From the IMG/VR virus record IMGVR_UViG_3300021255_001778, positions 1 through 64,000 of that record: a DNA stretch of 64,000 bases. The stretch is one strand, 5' to 3'. Both the position numbers and the translations under genes were made by a program. The notes below the pieces were generated by a model, which saw only the letters and a list, made by a program, of their open reading frames with translations, was not told where the DNA came from and did no database searches. This document shows positions 33,120-43,194 of the stretch, piece after piece; the stretch's first letter is position 1; each line of letters starts with the position of its first letter. This stretch comes from a virus (lineage: Duplodnaviria > Caudoviricetes).

Positions 33120-33596
33120 TTAAATACCGTAATCAGAAATATGCATCTGTCCAGGAAGTTGGTCTGTGCTGCCGAAACCGCCATCACCTCGCTTTGTCTC
33201 TTCTAACTCTTTTACTTCACAGAACTCAGCCTGTACATATGGAAGTATTACAAGCTGTGCAATGCGCTCTCCTCCCTGTATATCTTGCGCTTCGTCCGTA
33301 TCGTTATGTATCGCTACAACGATTTCTCCCGTAAAATCGCTGTCTACAACTCCAACACAGTTCCCTGGACGTAATCCTCTCTTGGTAGCGATGCCACTTC
33401 GTGCGAATATAGCTCCGAAGCACACATTCGGAATAGACATTGCCAACCCAGTCCCAATCTTTACGGTCTGATGTGGCGGGATTATCAGTTTCTTGTTGGA
33501 AGCAAACGCAGCATACAAATCGTATCCAGCAGCGTATTCAGAACCTCTTGTGGGTACATGTGCATATTCATTAAGTTTCTTAAAGCTAATCTCCAT
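33120..33596 (-). CDS. dut: Trimeric dUTPase
   Basis: AGYDL, ARSG, GVVDSDF-x-GE, RIAQLV, RGDGGFGST; start moved to ATG 33596 after the AGGAG RBS. Confidence 0.95.
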   Translation of the reverse strand: MEISFKKLNEYAHVPTRGSEYAAGYDLYAAFASNKKLIIPPHQTVKIGTGLAMSIPNVCFGAIFARSGIATKRGLRPGNCVGVVDSDFTGEIVVAIHNDTDEAQDIQGGERIAQLVILPYVQAEFCEVKELEETKRGDGGFGSTDQLPGQMHISDYGI

Positions 33597-33605
33597 TGTT
33601 TCTCC

Positions 33606-33623
33606 TGCCATATAAATGTATTG
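33606..33623 (+). promoter_or_regulatory. 18-bp operator-like motif, copy 2 (abuts the dut RBS)
   Basis: Exact copy. Confidence 0.8.
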
Positions 33624-33698
33624 TTAGATTAAAGAATAGTTGCGTATACTTCTATTGATGATAATATTTCGCCATTACCAAATGCGAGACTGATATCA

Positions 33699-34200
33699 TC
33701 AATGTACGCTTCTCTCTCTGGTCAACAAATCGAGGTACTCACGACCTTTGTCGGTAAGTTCAAACCTATCATCTTCGTCTATGTATCCTTCTTCTGCCTT
33801 ACGGACAGCTTCTTTAATTTCATCCATATCCATCGTACGACTAAGCATTTTTACCGTATTACCGCCATTGTATACCTTTGCGTTTATTTCAACTTCAATA
33901 GAGTTGTGCGGTATATAAATCATTGCGCGATCTGATTCCACTTCAACCTGATCCGCTACTTGTTTGTTCTCCTTTGTCTCCATCAGCTCTTATCAACTCC
34001 TGTATAATACTTTCATGTTCATTAACCAATTGTTCGTCCTCATACATTTCTTGCAATACTGGACAAAAATAGTATCTTGCAACGTACGTGAATGCGCCAC
34101 ACTCCTCTACAACTTGTGTCATTAACTGGTCGTGATATGGTGGATTTTGATGCTCGTTATCATTACAACATGGACATCTGAACGTTTGATTCATTTTCAT
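33699..34200 (-). CDS. Two small hypothetical proteins (33699-33983, 33943-34200)
   Basis: Track ORFs in the operon. Confidence 0.55.
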
Positions 34201-34676
34201 CCAACTCTTTCTGCGTATTGATTGTCTGACGCTAGCATTACACCAATGACATCATCCATATGAGGTGTGCAGTCTGGCATAAATCGTCCAAACTTAAACA
34301 CGATGTTTTTCAGGTCTGACAGTAAATCAACCTTCTCTGTGATCTCAGATAAATCATATCCAGTATATATAACAACATCATCAAGGCATTTATATCTTGT
34401 ACGTAATGTACTGATAAAATTTTCGAGATCGTTGAACGAGTCCATCGGTTCGAGTCCCTGACATACTACTGATCCGGTTATTTTATTGTTAATGTATCTC
34501 TCGCATAGATAGTCAATGGGTACGATTATGTCTTTTGCTGAGGCGAGAGACGCGTTTTGACACGCCTCTTCGCCACATTTAAAATTGCATTTAGGGAACA
34601 TCAGCGTCATCGACGGAATTTTGTAGTTCACAAAATCTTCGTCAATGATACCCTTAAGAACTATTGAATTGTTCAT
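34197..34676 (-). CDS. nrdG: Anaerobic RNR activase-like radical-SAM protein
   Basis: Downstream of nrdD; CNFKCGEEAC cluster motif; GLEP; YTGY; SDNQ. Confidence 0.8.
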   Translation of the reverse strand: MNNSIVLKGIIDEDFVNYKIPSMTLMFPKCNFKCGEEACQNASLASAKDIIVPIDYLCERYINNKITGSVVCQGLEPMDSFNDLENFISTLRTRYKCLDDVVIYTGYDLSEITEKVDLLSDLKNIVFKFGRFMPDCTPHMDDVIGVMLASDNQYAERVG

Positions 34677-36598
34677 TCCATCACTCCGTCATTCGACAGT
34701 ACATTCATCCACTTGCGCTTATCGAACTCGCGTTTTCTAATCTTCTGATATCCGCTTGTCGGAACGTAGAAGCCTACTACGCGAGCATATGTGTCAGCTA
34801 TAGGTTCTCCGCATTTCGGACACTTCTTTTCGCTGATGAATGCATGTCCATCTTTACATACGCTAATCTTCGTAGTGAATGCAAAATAGATTACTCCTTG
34901 CGACGCTACATAATTTAGCATATTCCACGCCGCCTCTTCATTTGGAAATCTATTCTCTATATCAATATGGGCGATACATCCACCGCCGCACTTTTTATCA
35001 AATAGAGACCCGAGTCTGCACTTCTCCTGAATAGTACATTTCTCCATGAGTGGGATCCACTGGTTCGAATAAATAAAGTACTTATCATTCTCATAAAGAA
35101 GATTGTCCGCCTGACAAATCACACCAGCACAATTTTCAGCAGGGATCATTTCAATATTAAAAGTGAAATCGCATTCGAAGTTATCTTTCACTTCGTTCAT
35201 AACATCCAGGATTTCAGATGCAAATTCTACAGCCTCATCTGAATAGCTCTTGCATCCGACTTCATCCTCATTGATAAGACCGAACATGTCCATAACTTCA
35301 TACATTCCGATCCCGCCGATTGTACAGAATTGCTTGTCAAGCTCAAGAGCACCATCTTGATAGTTTGGCAACAGACCTTTTTCAATATTTCTCTTGATTA
35401 TATGTCTCATCGAAGTAAGAGCTTTGCAGTCCAGCAAGACTCTCTTTTTCAATATGTCGATATATTTCTTTTTACTCAGTCCGCTTTCATATGCGATTCG
35501 CACAAGATTAATTGTACTAACCCTACATGACCCTACTGACAATGCAGTGCCCCCAATTGAGTTGATGAACGCATCGAGCTTAGATGTATCGGAAAGCAGA
35601 CGACAGCAGTTGCTCAAAATACCAACATTATCGCTCACAAAGAAGTTCGAGTCAGACCACTTAATATTGTGATTAGAACACCACCTTGCAAAATCTTCGT
35701 CAACAAATTTACCATTTTGGTATAACAAACTGTATGTGAGAACTGGATATGTAAACATCTGCGTTTCTCTAGTTTCGCTTACCACATCCATAAACTCTTT
35801 TTGCGCTTCAATTAAATCTTCTATATGATCTATAGCCATCTCTCCGTCTGGAAAAACGATCCCACCGAACAATGACTCAAGATACGGTCTGTCGAAAATC
35901 GAAATATTTGTAAACGCACTTTGGTCAATTCTCAGGAAGGGCTGATTAAGCCTAAACACTAATTTTTGACACTCCTGTTTCCAGTAGTACTTTGGATCTT
36001 TAATGCAGAATCCATCCTTTACATCCTTTTGCCAGAACCACCATGCCCATATCAGCACGTTAGGCATACCAACTGCACCTGACTGTCTGTTCGACAAAAA
36101 GCTGACAAATTCAATTACATCGTCTATGTATGTAGTGAGATGCTTCGGAGCCTCATTATTATAGTTATTCAGAAAAAACAGTCCTTCTGTTGCGAGCCTT
36201 GAAAAGTCATCTGCCCAACAGTACGGGAAGTAGGATGCTGTTGTACTGTCGTTCAGATAAAATCCTCTACTGAACTCCTGCTCAAGCCACTGCTTTGCCG
36301 TTCTAAGTCCCCACATCTTTTTAATTTCTGTGAAAATCTTATTCAGACCAAACAGCTTATCTTCGCTTTTCGCCTTCTCCGTCATAAAGCTCCTGATGTC
36401 TCTATTCCTTGCATTTGCATTCGGATCAATTGTGCTGTCCGCCAGAGTGCTTTTATCGATAAAATTATCTATGAACTCAGAGAAGTCAAGCTGGCTTGGA
36501 TGCAATCCGTTTATATATTCAAATTCTTCTCCGTACTTTTCTTTCAGCCCTTCGAGACATCTCTCAAAATCTTTTGTAAGTTTCAACTGAATATCCAT
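34673..36598 (-). CDS. nrdD: Class III anaerobic ribonucleotide reductase
   Basis: SNCCRL, IPAEN, C-x-x-GH...CPKCG, RVVGFY glycyl-radical loop. Confidence 0.95.
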   Translation of the reverse strand: MDIQLKLTKDFERCLEGLKEKYGEEFEYINGLHPSQLDFSEFIDNFIDKSTLADSTIDPNANARNRDIRSFMTEKAKSEDKLFGLNKIFTEIKKMWGLRTAKQWLEQEFSRGFYLNDSTTASYFPYCWADDFSRLATEGLFFLNNYNNEAPKHLTTYIDDVIEFVSFLSNRQSGAVGMPNVLIWAWWFWQKDVKDGFCIKDPKYYWKQECQKLVFRLNQPFLRIDQSAFTNISIFDRPYLESLFGGIVFPDGEMAIDHIEDLIEAQKEFMDVVSETRETQMFTYPVLTYSLLYQNGKFVDEDFARWCSNHNIKWSDSNFFVSDNVGILSNCCRLLSDTSKLDAFINSIGGTALSVGSCRVSTINLVRIAYESGLSKKKYIDILKKRVLLDCKALTSMRHIIKRNIEKGLLPNYQDGALELDKQFCTIGGIGMYEVMDMFGLINEDEVGCKSYSDEAVEFASEILDVMNEVKDNFECDFTFNIEMIPAENCAGVICQADNLLYENDKYFIYSNQWIPLMEKCTIQEKCRLGSLFDKKCGGGCIAHIDIENRFPNEEAAWNMLNYVASQGVIYFAFTTKISVCKDGHAFISEKKCPKCGEPIADTYARVVGFYVPTSGYQKIRKREFDKRKWMNVLSNDGVME

Positions 36599-36796
36599 TT
36601 ATTGTGCTCCTACCCATTTAATAGCTTCTCCGAACTCCATTGCTTCACCATTTACTTCAAGTATTGGCGCAGCCTGGAACCCTTTAGCAACCATTTCATC
36701 CATATCGTCGATAACTGTATACGGTAATCCTTTATCGTTCAGTTTCGACTCGAGGACTCTACACTTTGGACAATGTGTTGTATATAAAATATTCAA
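36599..36796 (-). CDS. nrdH: Glutaredoxin-like NrdH
   Basis: LYTTHCPKC...APILEV. Confidence 0.85.
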   Translation of the reverse strand: MNILYTTHCPKCRVLESKLNDKGLPYTVIDDMDEMVAKGFQAAPILEVNGEAMEFGEAIKWVGAQ

Positions 36797-36810
36797 GCCT
36801 ATATCACCGC

Positions 36811-37524
36811 CTATCTTAATTCGTCTGCGTGCTGGCTAATCCAACCTCTATGATTGTTTTTAAGCGTACACACGGCAGCTCTTTCTTTTCTTCTAAAGTG
36901 TTCTATATATTTGCTAAAGCCGCTCTGCCTCGGTTCTTCCAAGTCGCACTGTAACTTATGACCAATTACAATTACTTTTGACTTGCTCCCAATTCTTGTG
37001 AGAACTTTCTTCAATTGAGGCGTAGTGAAGTTCTGCGCTTCGTCTATGATGATCACTGCATCGTCAAGATTTTGCCCTCGAAGGAATGTGTCTGTGATGC
37101 ACGTTACATATGCACTCCCGTTCTTCTGATTATCGATGTCGCTAGTTAATGCGGTGAACGGATTTACGCCACAAGTTATAAGCGCTTGGTAGCATGGTTC
37201 GAAATACACAGATGACTTCTGGTCAAGATCGCCCGGGAGATATCCCTGCTTGCGTTCTCCGTAAGGAGACATTACGTACACGATTTCTTTAAATCGACCA
37301 TACTGCACAAGCAGGTTCGCAACGCCAACAGAGATTGTTGACTTCCCGGTTCCGGCTTTTGCATCCGCGAACACGATGTCAATATCGTTACTCCAGATAG
37401 CTTCAGCAAATTCGTACTGCTCATCGTCAAGTTGCATCCCGTAAAAATTATTTTTGTCAAGGTGCTCCGGAGGGTTACTGTTGGACACCGTAGCAGTCGT
37501 TCTTCTCTTGCCGCTCAAGGTCAT
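36811..37524 (-). CDS. phoH: PhoH-family ATPase
   Basis: AKAGTGKS, FLRGQNL, IIDEAQN, TRIG, GH-x-x-QCD. Confidence 0.92.
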   Translation of the reverse strand: MTLSGKRRTTATVSNSNPPEHLDKNNFYGMQLDDEQYEFAEAIWSNDIDIVFADAKAGTGKSTISVGVANLLVQYGRFKEIVYVMSPYGERKQGYLPGDLDQKSSVYFEPCYQALITCGVNPFTALTSDIDNQKNGSAYVTCITDTFLRGQNLDDAVIIIDEAQNFTTPQLKKVLTRIGSKSKVIVIGHKLQCDLEEPRQSGFSKYIEHFRRKERAAVCTLKNNHRGWISQHADELR

Positions 37525-37530
37525 CCCTCC

Positions 37531-38169
37531 TTAAATAACAAAGTCAATATCGCAATCTTCTCCGATGATGTAATCTGTAAACCCTTTCTCTTTCGCTTCA
37601 TCAGCAAACATATACCATTCAACACGAAGCTTGCTGTCGTATTCTTTTTCTGTCAGTTTGCTTCTATCGATCACATACTGACGTACACGTTCATTTACTT
37701 TCTTTTGGAACTCAACCTGATCCTGTACCTTTGTGCTTGAATCCCAGACGAAACTGGAACCATCGTGCATCAGGAATTTTGCGTTCTTAGTAGCAAACCT
37801 CTTATGTCCTGCAAGTCCAATCAGGAACCCCATGCTATACTGATATCCAAGATTGATTGTGTACACCGGCGTTTTGCTTGCGAGAATGCAATCAATCACT
37901 TCAAAGCCAGCGTCAACACTGCCACCATTTGAGCAGCAATACAGCAAAATCGGCTGACGCTCTTCGACCGGAACATCCTTATCTTCTTTGTTGTACTGCA
38001 GAATATGCAGCACGATATCATCGATATTTTCCTGATAGATAGTTTCTGTGATGAACAGTTTTCTCTGTTTCAGATTTTTAATAGCGAACAACTCACCGAG
38101 ATCCCAGTAAGCACAATCTCCCTGTGTATCAGTAGTGATGTCGTAAAAACCTTCATTCATTGTTTGCAT
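37531..38169 (-). CDS. clpP: ClpP-like protease subunit
   Basis: SNGGSV, YSMG (Ser), LMHD (His), A-x-EA-x-x-x-GF-x-D. Confidence 0.85.
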   Translation of the reverse strand: MQTMNEGFYDITTDTQGDCAYWDLGELFAIKNLKQRKLFITETIYQENIDDIVLHILQYNKEDKDVPVEERQPILLYCCSNGGSVDAGFEVIDCILASKTPVYTINLGYQYSMGFLIGLAGHKRFATKNAKFLMHDGSSFVWDSSTKVQDQVEFQKKVNERVRQYVIDRSKLTEKEYDSKLRVEWYMFADEAKEKGFTDYIIGEDCDIDFVI

Positions 38170-38698
38170 AAGCTAAGTTCTCCTTAATCCATTCAGAAAT
38201 TTTTTCCTTTAAGTCCTGCAAAGTGCCGTTGTTCTGTATATAACAGTCTGGCTCTACTTCCATAATCTCATTCTCAGATATATGATGAGCTAACTCGCCA
38301 CCTAATCCGTTGTCGAAATTCGGTCTTTCGATGTGCATATGCACCACCTGAAACCCACATTCTCTGAGCTTCTCGACCTCGTTTCGAAATCGCACATCTG
38401 GAATCAAAACATAGTCCCATCTGTCTTCAAAGAACGTCAAGATTGAGATAATGAAGTCAACCCAGAAGTCTGGCGCTCTACGTCTGATTACATCAGTTCC
38501 TACATTTTGTAATAACCTCCTTCCGTCCTCATCTTTCTGGCCGTTCCAATCGAGAAATTCTCGGCATATGTATTTAAGAAGATCGGCGTAATGAGTGATG
38601 AGTATTTTTGTATTTTCATCATCTAGTTGTTCCTTCAGCATTAGTGCGACCGTGTCCTTACCGTGCTGAGCACGTCCGGATATCGCTATGATTTTCAA
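38153..38698 (-). CDS. Deoxynucleoside monophosphate kinase-like P-loop protein
   Basis: ISGRAQHGKDT, R-x-LLQ-x-VGT, D-V-R-F-x-N-E, H-x-SE. Confidence 0.85.
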   Translation of the reverse strand: MKIIAISGRAQHGKDTVALMLKEQLDDENTKILITHYADLLKYICREFLDWNGQKDEDGRRLLQNVGTDVIRRRAPDFWVDFIISILTFFEDRWDYVLIPDVRFRNEVEKLRECGFQVVHMHIERPNFDNGLGGELAHHISENEIMEVEPDCYIQNNGTLQDLKEKISEWIKENLAYANNE

Positions 38699-39345
38699 CT
38701 CTCTGCCTCCTTTCCGGTGATTAAGTAACTAGATGGTAATGACTCAATCCACTTGCAAAACTGTCTCCATTCCGGAAGTCTGTGATCTTTTCGCTGATTA
38801 TAAATAATCTTTAGCTGTCTATAGTTTGTTGTCATACGTGCTGTTAGTTTGAATCCTGCCGGATTCGTATACAGTATCTCAAGATATCTATCTCTGAACT
38901 CTTCGATCTGGTCTGGCGATGATGACATATTAGGAAAGTCGTCAGAAAAACTACGTATTTTTTCTTTCATAATCTCGATCACTCTTGGATCGACATACTC
39001 GTTATACGATTTATCAAGATCGAACTTAATCATCTTGTGCATGGTCGAATTCGACGATATGAATTTCAAATTAGAGTATCTCTCTGCTTCTACCCACGCC
39101 TTGTTAGTAAATGTCAGATCCATCTGTACCACTACGCCAGTTAACCATTGGTCATGCCCTTCGCCAGGTCTTGTTTTGGCGAGAGCTTCGATACCTTTTG
39201 TAAGCTCGTCTGTCACACTATCAACGTCAACAGACATAGGAAATTTTGCACCTCGTATACTGTTTCTTAATCCATAGACATATGCGTTCGATACACATTC
39301 ACATCCCGGAACTTCGATAACATCTGTTTTTAAATCTGGCATCAT
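38695..39345 (-). CDS. ThyX-like (flavin-dependent thymidylate synthase-like) protein
   Basis: GH-D, S-x-STMH, TNYRQL...QR-x-x-HRLPEW; start set to ATG 39345 after AGGAGG. Confidence 0.65.
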   Translation of the reverse strand: MMPDLKTDVIEVPGCECVSNAYVYGLRNSIRGAKFPMSVDVDSVTDELTKGIEALAKTRPGEGHDQWLTGVVVQMDLTFTNKAWVEAERYSNLKFISSNSTMHKMIKFDLDKSYNEYVDPRVIEIMKEKIRSFSDDFPNMSSSPDQIEEFRDRYLEILYTNPAGFKLTARMTTNYRQLKIIYNQRKDHRLPEWRQFCKWIESLPSSYLITGKEAES

Positions 39346-39355
39346 ACCTCCTATC

Positions 39356-39373
39356 TGCCATATAAATGTATTG
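39356..39373 (+). promoter_or_regulatory. 18-bp operator-like motif, copy 3 (in the thyX-like 5' UTR)
   Basis: Exact copy. Confidence 0.8.
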
Positions 39374-39403
39374 CTCGGTAAAAAAATATTTATCCCTATT
39401 AGC

Positions 39404-39447
39404 ATTGTACCAAATTGCTCTTCTTATGTCAATACATTTTTATGGCT
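39404..39447 (-). promoter_or_regulatory. SigmaA promoter (TTGACA-N17-TACAAT, extended TG) with operator copy 4 overlapping the -35
   Basis: -35 at 39427-39432, -10 at 39404-39409; motif variant AGCCATAAAAATGTATTG (2 mismatches) at 39430-39447. Confidence 0.8.
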
Positions 39448-39644
39448 TTTTTCGCATTAATATCTTCTATTATTATACCTTCAATTGTTTTGCACCACGT
39501 CCTATTTTGGAAGTTTTCGCCAGTAATACATTCATTACATGGGCTTCTGTTGCTTACGCATATAGAGTATTCACATTGCGGGCATAAACTTCTGTTTCTT
39601 CTGATACGCTTAAGCAGCGTCTTAATTGTTTCTATAATAATCAT
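39429..39644 (-). CDS. Small Cys-rich hypothetical protein
   Basis: CPQC...C...CNEC. Confidence 0.55.
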   Translation of the reverse strand: MIIIETIKTLLKRIRRNRSLCPQCEYSICVSNRSPCNECITGENFQNRTWCKTIEGIIIEDINAKKAIKMY

Positions 39645-42600
39645 AACTCTTTGATATACGACGTCATCCTAAAGTATATGCCATCACGCTCCCATCCAGT
39701 ACACGAGATGATGTCGCCTTTATGAATCGGATCCTTGTTATACACATAATTGAATACGGTGAATCTCGATTCTTTTCCAGAGCCTATTGACTTAGTTACA
39801 ACAGAGTATCCGAATTGCTTGCCATCTCTCTTTCTCTTCAACGGATACACATCTAATATATACAGTCTGCGTCTGTCAATTTCTTTACCGGAAGCATAGC
39901 CAATGTAGCCCATGTATTCTGCGAAGTTCTTAATTTTAATACGGTCTTCGATATCATCCATATGTGCTTCTTTAACGTATAGCTCCATGTCTCTCAGCAG
40001 ACATTCCATATTGGTAATTGTGTATGACTTTGCCTCATCTCCGTTTTTTGTCGTCCAAGTTGAATGCTTTCGCATTATCGATTCGAAAGGAGATCCATCA
40101 ACTTGGTCACGCTTGACCTGCTTGGCATCACCGCGTTTAAAGAATCTGTCATACATATCATATATCGTTAAAAGCTCTCGTTGATTACCGAATTCAGAGA
40201 AGAAATCGAGCTTGATTAAGATTTCTGTCTGGCGAGAATTTATAGATGTCTCTTTATCAATTGCTGCAAGTACATCTACAAAGTACTTATACTCATGATC
40301 ATGCGCTAATTCATATAGCTTCTCTGCTACAGATTCGCTCATATATTTAATAGAAGACATCCCTTTAGTAATCAGTTTTCTTTCTTTGTCAAACGAATAC
40401 GTTGACCTTGACACACCCCATTTTGGTGCAGTCACTTGGATATTATTTCTCTTTGCATATGCCATTATTGCAGCCGTTTTCTCTGTATTATCGCTAAAGA
40501 TATTCAGCGCAGCTGTTAGAAACTCGTACGGATAATAATATCTCAAGTAGCCAGATATATATCCAATACAACTATAGCTGTCACTGTGGTTCCAACTGAA
40601 CGCATACGCAGATGCGTCGAGGATAACCTGTAAAAACGGTTTAATAACTTCTCTTGCTTTTTCTTCACTTATACTATAATGCTCTGTCGAATACTTAATG
40701 AAGCGCTCCTCTATCTCTGGGAGTAGGGTCTCTGTCCCTTTTTTCTTTGCTATAGCACGTCTTACAGAATCACTTTCAGCAGCTGTGTATCCGCAGAACT
40801 TAACAAGGAACTGCATGATCGTCTCCTGCATAGCAATTCTACCAGCTTCTGGTGCTAAGAATTCATTTAACTTATCGAATCCATTATCGTAGAATTCTCC
40901 GCTCGCGACCTTATCTCTAAAGCTTGCACACGCTGGCCTAAGCAGTCCATTGCCGAATGATAACCATTTTATCATGGAGAAATTCGGTACTTTTTCTTTT
41001 GCAATAGCCAATGTGTTGTCGGACATGAACCGCTTTATATACTGCTGTGCAGAGTTACTCTCCCATTGGAAGATTAACGTGGTATTATCACGTATGCTCT
41101 TCCATACTTTCTCGTCTTCTAGATCAACATTGTCAGGCGTCATTCTATCTATTCCGATCATTTTACATGCATCGTTTATAACGCCTATATTGTCCAGGCC
41201 AAGGATGTCTAACTTGACATACATCAAGTCGTCCAGTTCTTTCATATTAAGCATGGACACAGGATAGTCTGATGTAGATAAAGAGCACAGCCCTATAAGT
41301 TCTTCTATTTGCAGATCACTTATCAATACGCCGCTTGGGTGTGTACCAACTGACACGATAGTTCCATTTACAATATCTACATATTCAAATACGTCAGGAT
41401 ATTGTTCCCTTGCTTTTGTTTCATCACTTTCGATAAGTTTATTTATCTCACTAGATAAACTCAGATAATCATATGTGTCAGACTCTTTGTACAACGCTCG
41501 GCATACATCGCGTACAGCACCTTTCATTGCTATCGTGTTAAATGTAATAATCTCCGCAGACTTTATCTTGGGCAAATTCATTTTGTCTCTTAACAAAAAT
41601 TGCTTGACCCTGTCCCTATCCGCACCACTGTAATCACTGTCAATATCTGCATTTGTCACACGAGCAGGATTCATAAACCTGAAGAAGTTGAGATCAAACC
41701 GAAGGCTGTCCATCTGAGTTATTCCGAGCAGATATGCAATTTCACTGCCCGATACTGAGCCACGCCCATATCCACACTGTATTCCATTCTCCTTCTCCCA
41801 TTCACGGAGATACGTCTGTAGAAGCATAAAGTCGATTGATTTTGTCTTTTTGTAGACTTCCATCTCTTCATCTATTTTTGCTTGCAGCTCCTCTCTTGTA
41901 TGGTTTTTAAGAGCATATGGATGATTGTCGATAGCTTCAGATACCTTTTGCGCAAATATAGTCTCTGGATCATCATATATGTGTGGATACTTTGTACCTC
42001 TGTCCAAATCAAACGGTTCGACCATATCTGCCAGTTTATTCGTGTTCTCTATCGCTTCAAGATTTACTTCTTGTGGCAAGCAGTTCTGAATTTTGAACGC
42101 TTCTATAAGCTGATCGTAGGACTTAAACTTAAGATCCCAGTTCTCTTCTCCTGGAAAGTTAATATTCTTCGATCGCTGTAAGATACTTCTACCTTTTTCA
42201 TGTTTCTCATCAAGCACATGTGTATCAGTGCCTGCAATCAGCGGTATGCCTGTCATATTATGCAAGATGTATAGCGTTTTATTGTATGTTTTTTGTTTGT
42301 CATCAATGTGATGGCCAATCTCTAGGAAACATCTTTCTTTATTGGCCTCCATAAAGTTTACAAATCGTTCTCTTACTCGTTCTTCTCCTTTGCCGAGAAC
42401 ACCGCCAACACAAGCTGATGTAACTATTATATTGTCGGATGTACGAAAAAGTTCATCGAACGATACTCTCGGCACATAGTAAAAATGATTATCTGATCGA
42501 TTGAATGAATTCGTGACTAGCCTATTCAACTCAAGGAAGCCGTCATAGTTTCGTGCTATTAACACGCAGTGGTAATTATCCCTCACTTTTTCTGCGAGTG

Positions 42601-42844
42601 ACTCTGTGAGATAGCACTCTACTGCATGTATGTATTTCATACCGGCTTCCTCGATAGCACACTTTTTATGCCACCACTCCATTACAGATCCGTGTTCACT
42701 AAATGCCATAGCTTTCATACCGCATTTCTGTGCAGCTTTCACGTATTCATTGTATTTCGTTACACTGTCTATATTTGTAACAGCGTTACTTAAATCTGAA
42801 TGCAAATGGTATACGACATAATTATCCATTATTGCTCCACTCAT
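39641..42844 (-). CDS. dnaE: DNA polymerase III alpha subunit
   Basis: PHP domain HLHSD...SEHG; GRGS; ADIDSD; HPSG; KLDILGL; F-S-x-N-H-S-x-x-Y. Confidence 0.95.
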   Translation of the reverse strand: MSGAIMDNYVVYHLHSDLSNAVTNIDSVTKYNEYVKAAQKCGMKAMAFSEHGSVMEWWHKKCAIEEAGMKYIHAVECYLTESLAEKVRDNYHCVLIARNYDGFLELNRLVTNSFNRSDNHFYYVPRVSFDELFRTSDNIIVTSACVGGVLGKGEERVRERFVNFMEANKERCFLEIGHHIDDKQKTYNKTLYILHNMTGIPLIAGTDTHVLDEKHEKGRSILQRSKNINFPGEENWDLKFKSYDQLIEAFKIQNCLPQEVNLEAIENTNKLADMVEPFDLDRGTKYPHIYDDPETIFAQKVSEAIDNHPYALKNHTREELQAKIDEEMEVYKKTKSIDFMLLQTYLREWEKENGIQCGYGRGSVSGSEIAYLLGITQMDSLRFDLNFFRFMNPARVTNADIDSDYSGADRDRVKQFLLRDKMNLPKIKSAEIITFNTIAMKGAVRDVCRALYKESDTYDYLSLSSEINKLIESDETKAREQYPDVFEYVDIVNGTIVSVGTHPSGVLISDLQIEELIGLCSLSTSDYPVSMLNMKELDDLMYVKLDILGLDNIGVINDACKMIGIDRMTPDNVDLEDEKVWKSIRDNTTLIFQWESNSAQQYIKRFMSDNTLAIAKEKVPNFSMIKWLSFGNGLLRPACASFRDKVASGEFYDNGFDKLNEFLAPEAGRIAMQETIMQFLVKFCGYTAAESDSVRRAIAKKKGTETLLPEIEERFIKYSTEHYSISEEKAREVIKPFLQVILDASAYAFSWNHSDSYSCIGYISGYLRYYYPYEFLTAALNIFSDNTEKTAAIMAYAKRNNIQVTAPKWGVSRSTYSFDKERKLITKGMSSIKYMSESVAEKLYELAHDHEYKYFVDVLAAIDKETSINSRQTEILIKLDFFSEFGNQRELLTIYDMYDRFFKRGDAKQVKRDQVDGSPFESIMRKHSTWTTKNGDEAKSYTITNMECLLRDMELYVKEAHMDDIEDRIKIKNFAEYMGYIGYASGKEIDRRRLYILDVYPLKRKRDGKQFGYSVVTKSIGSGKESRFTVFNYVYNKDPIHKGDIISCTGWERDGIYFRMTSYIKEL

Positions 42845-43194
42845 CTAGATATTCGTTGAATTGTTCTGTGTCGATATTTTCAGCTCGCTGATGTTTTGAA
42901 TCATCCATTACTTGATAAAAATGTTTACGGCCGTCCGCAACATCCTCTCGAGTTAACTCATACTGCGCTCTCTCGAAAGCGTCAGCTAGTTCTTCGAAAA
43001 TAGTGCGTCCTCCCGGTCCATATATTGCGTCATTAAGAGGATAATGATATATTTGCCCGTCAGTATCAATTGCGTAATCAGGATAATAATGATATAATTG
43101 CCCGGCAGTATCATATACAGTTTGTATATTGATAGCAGTTGTATTATTGTCAAAATGGTAGATCGGCGCGCCATCTCCAGTACCAATCGCTATA

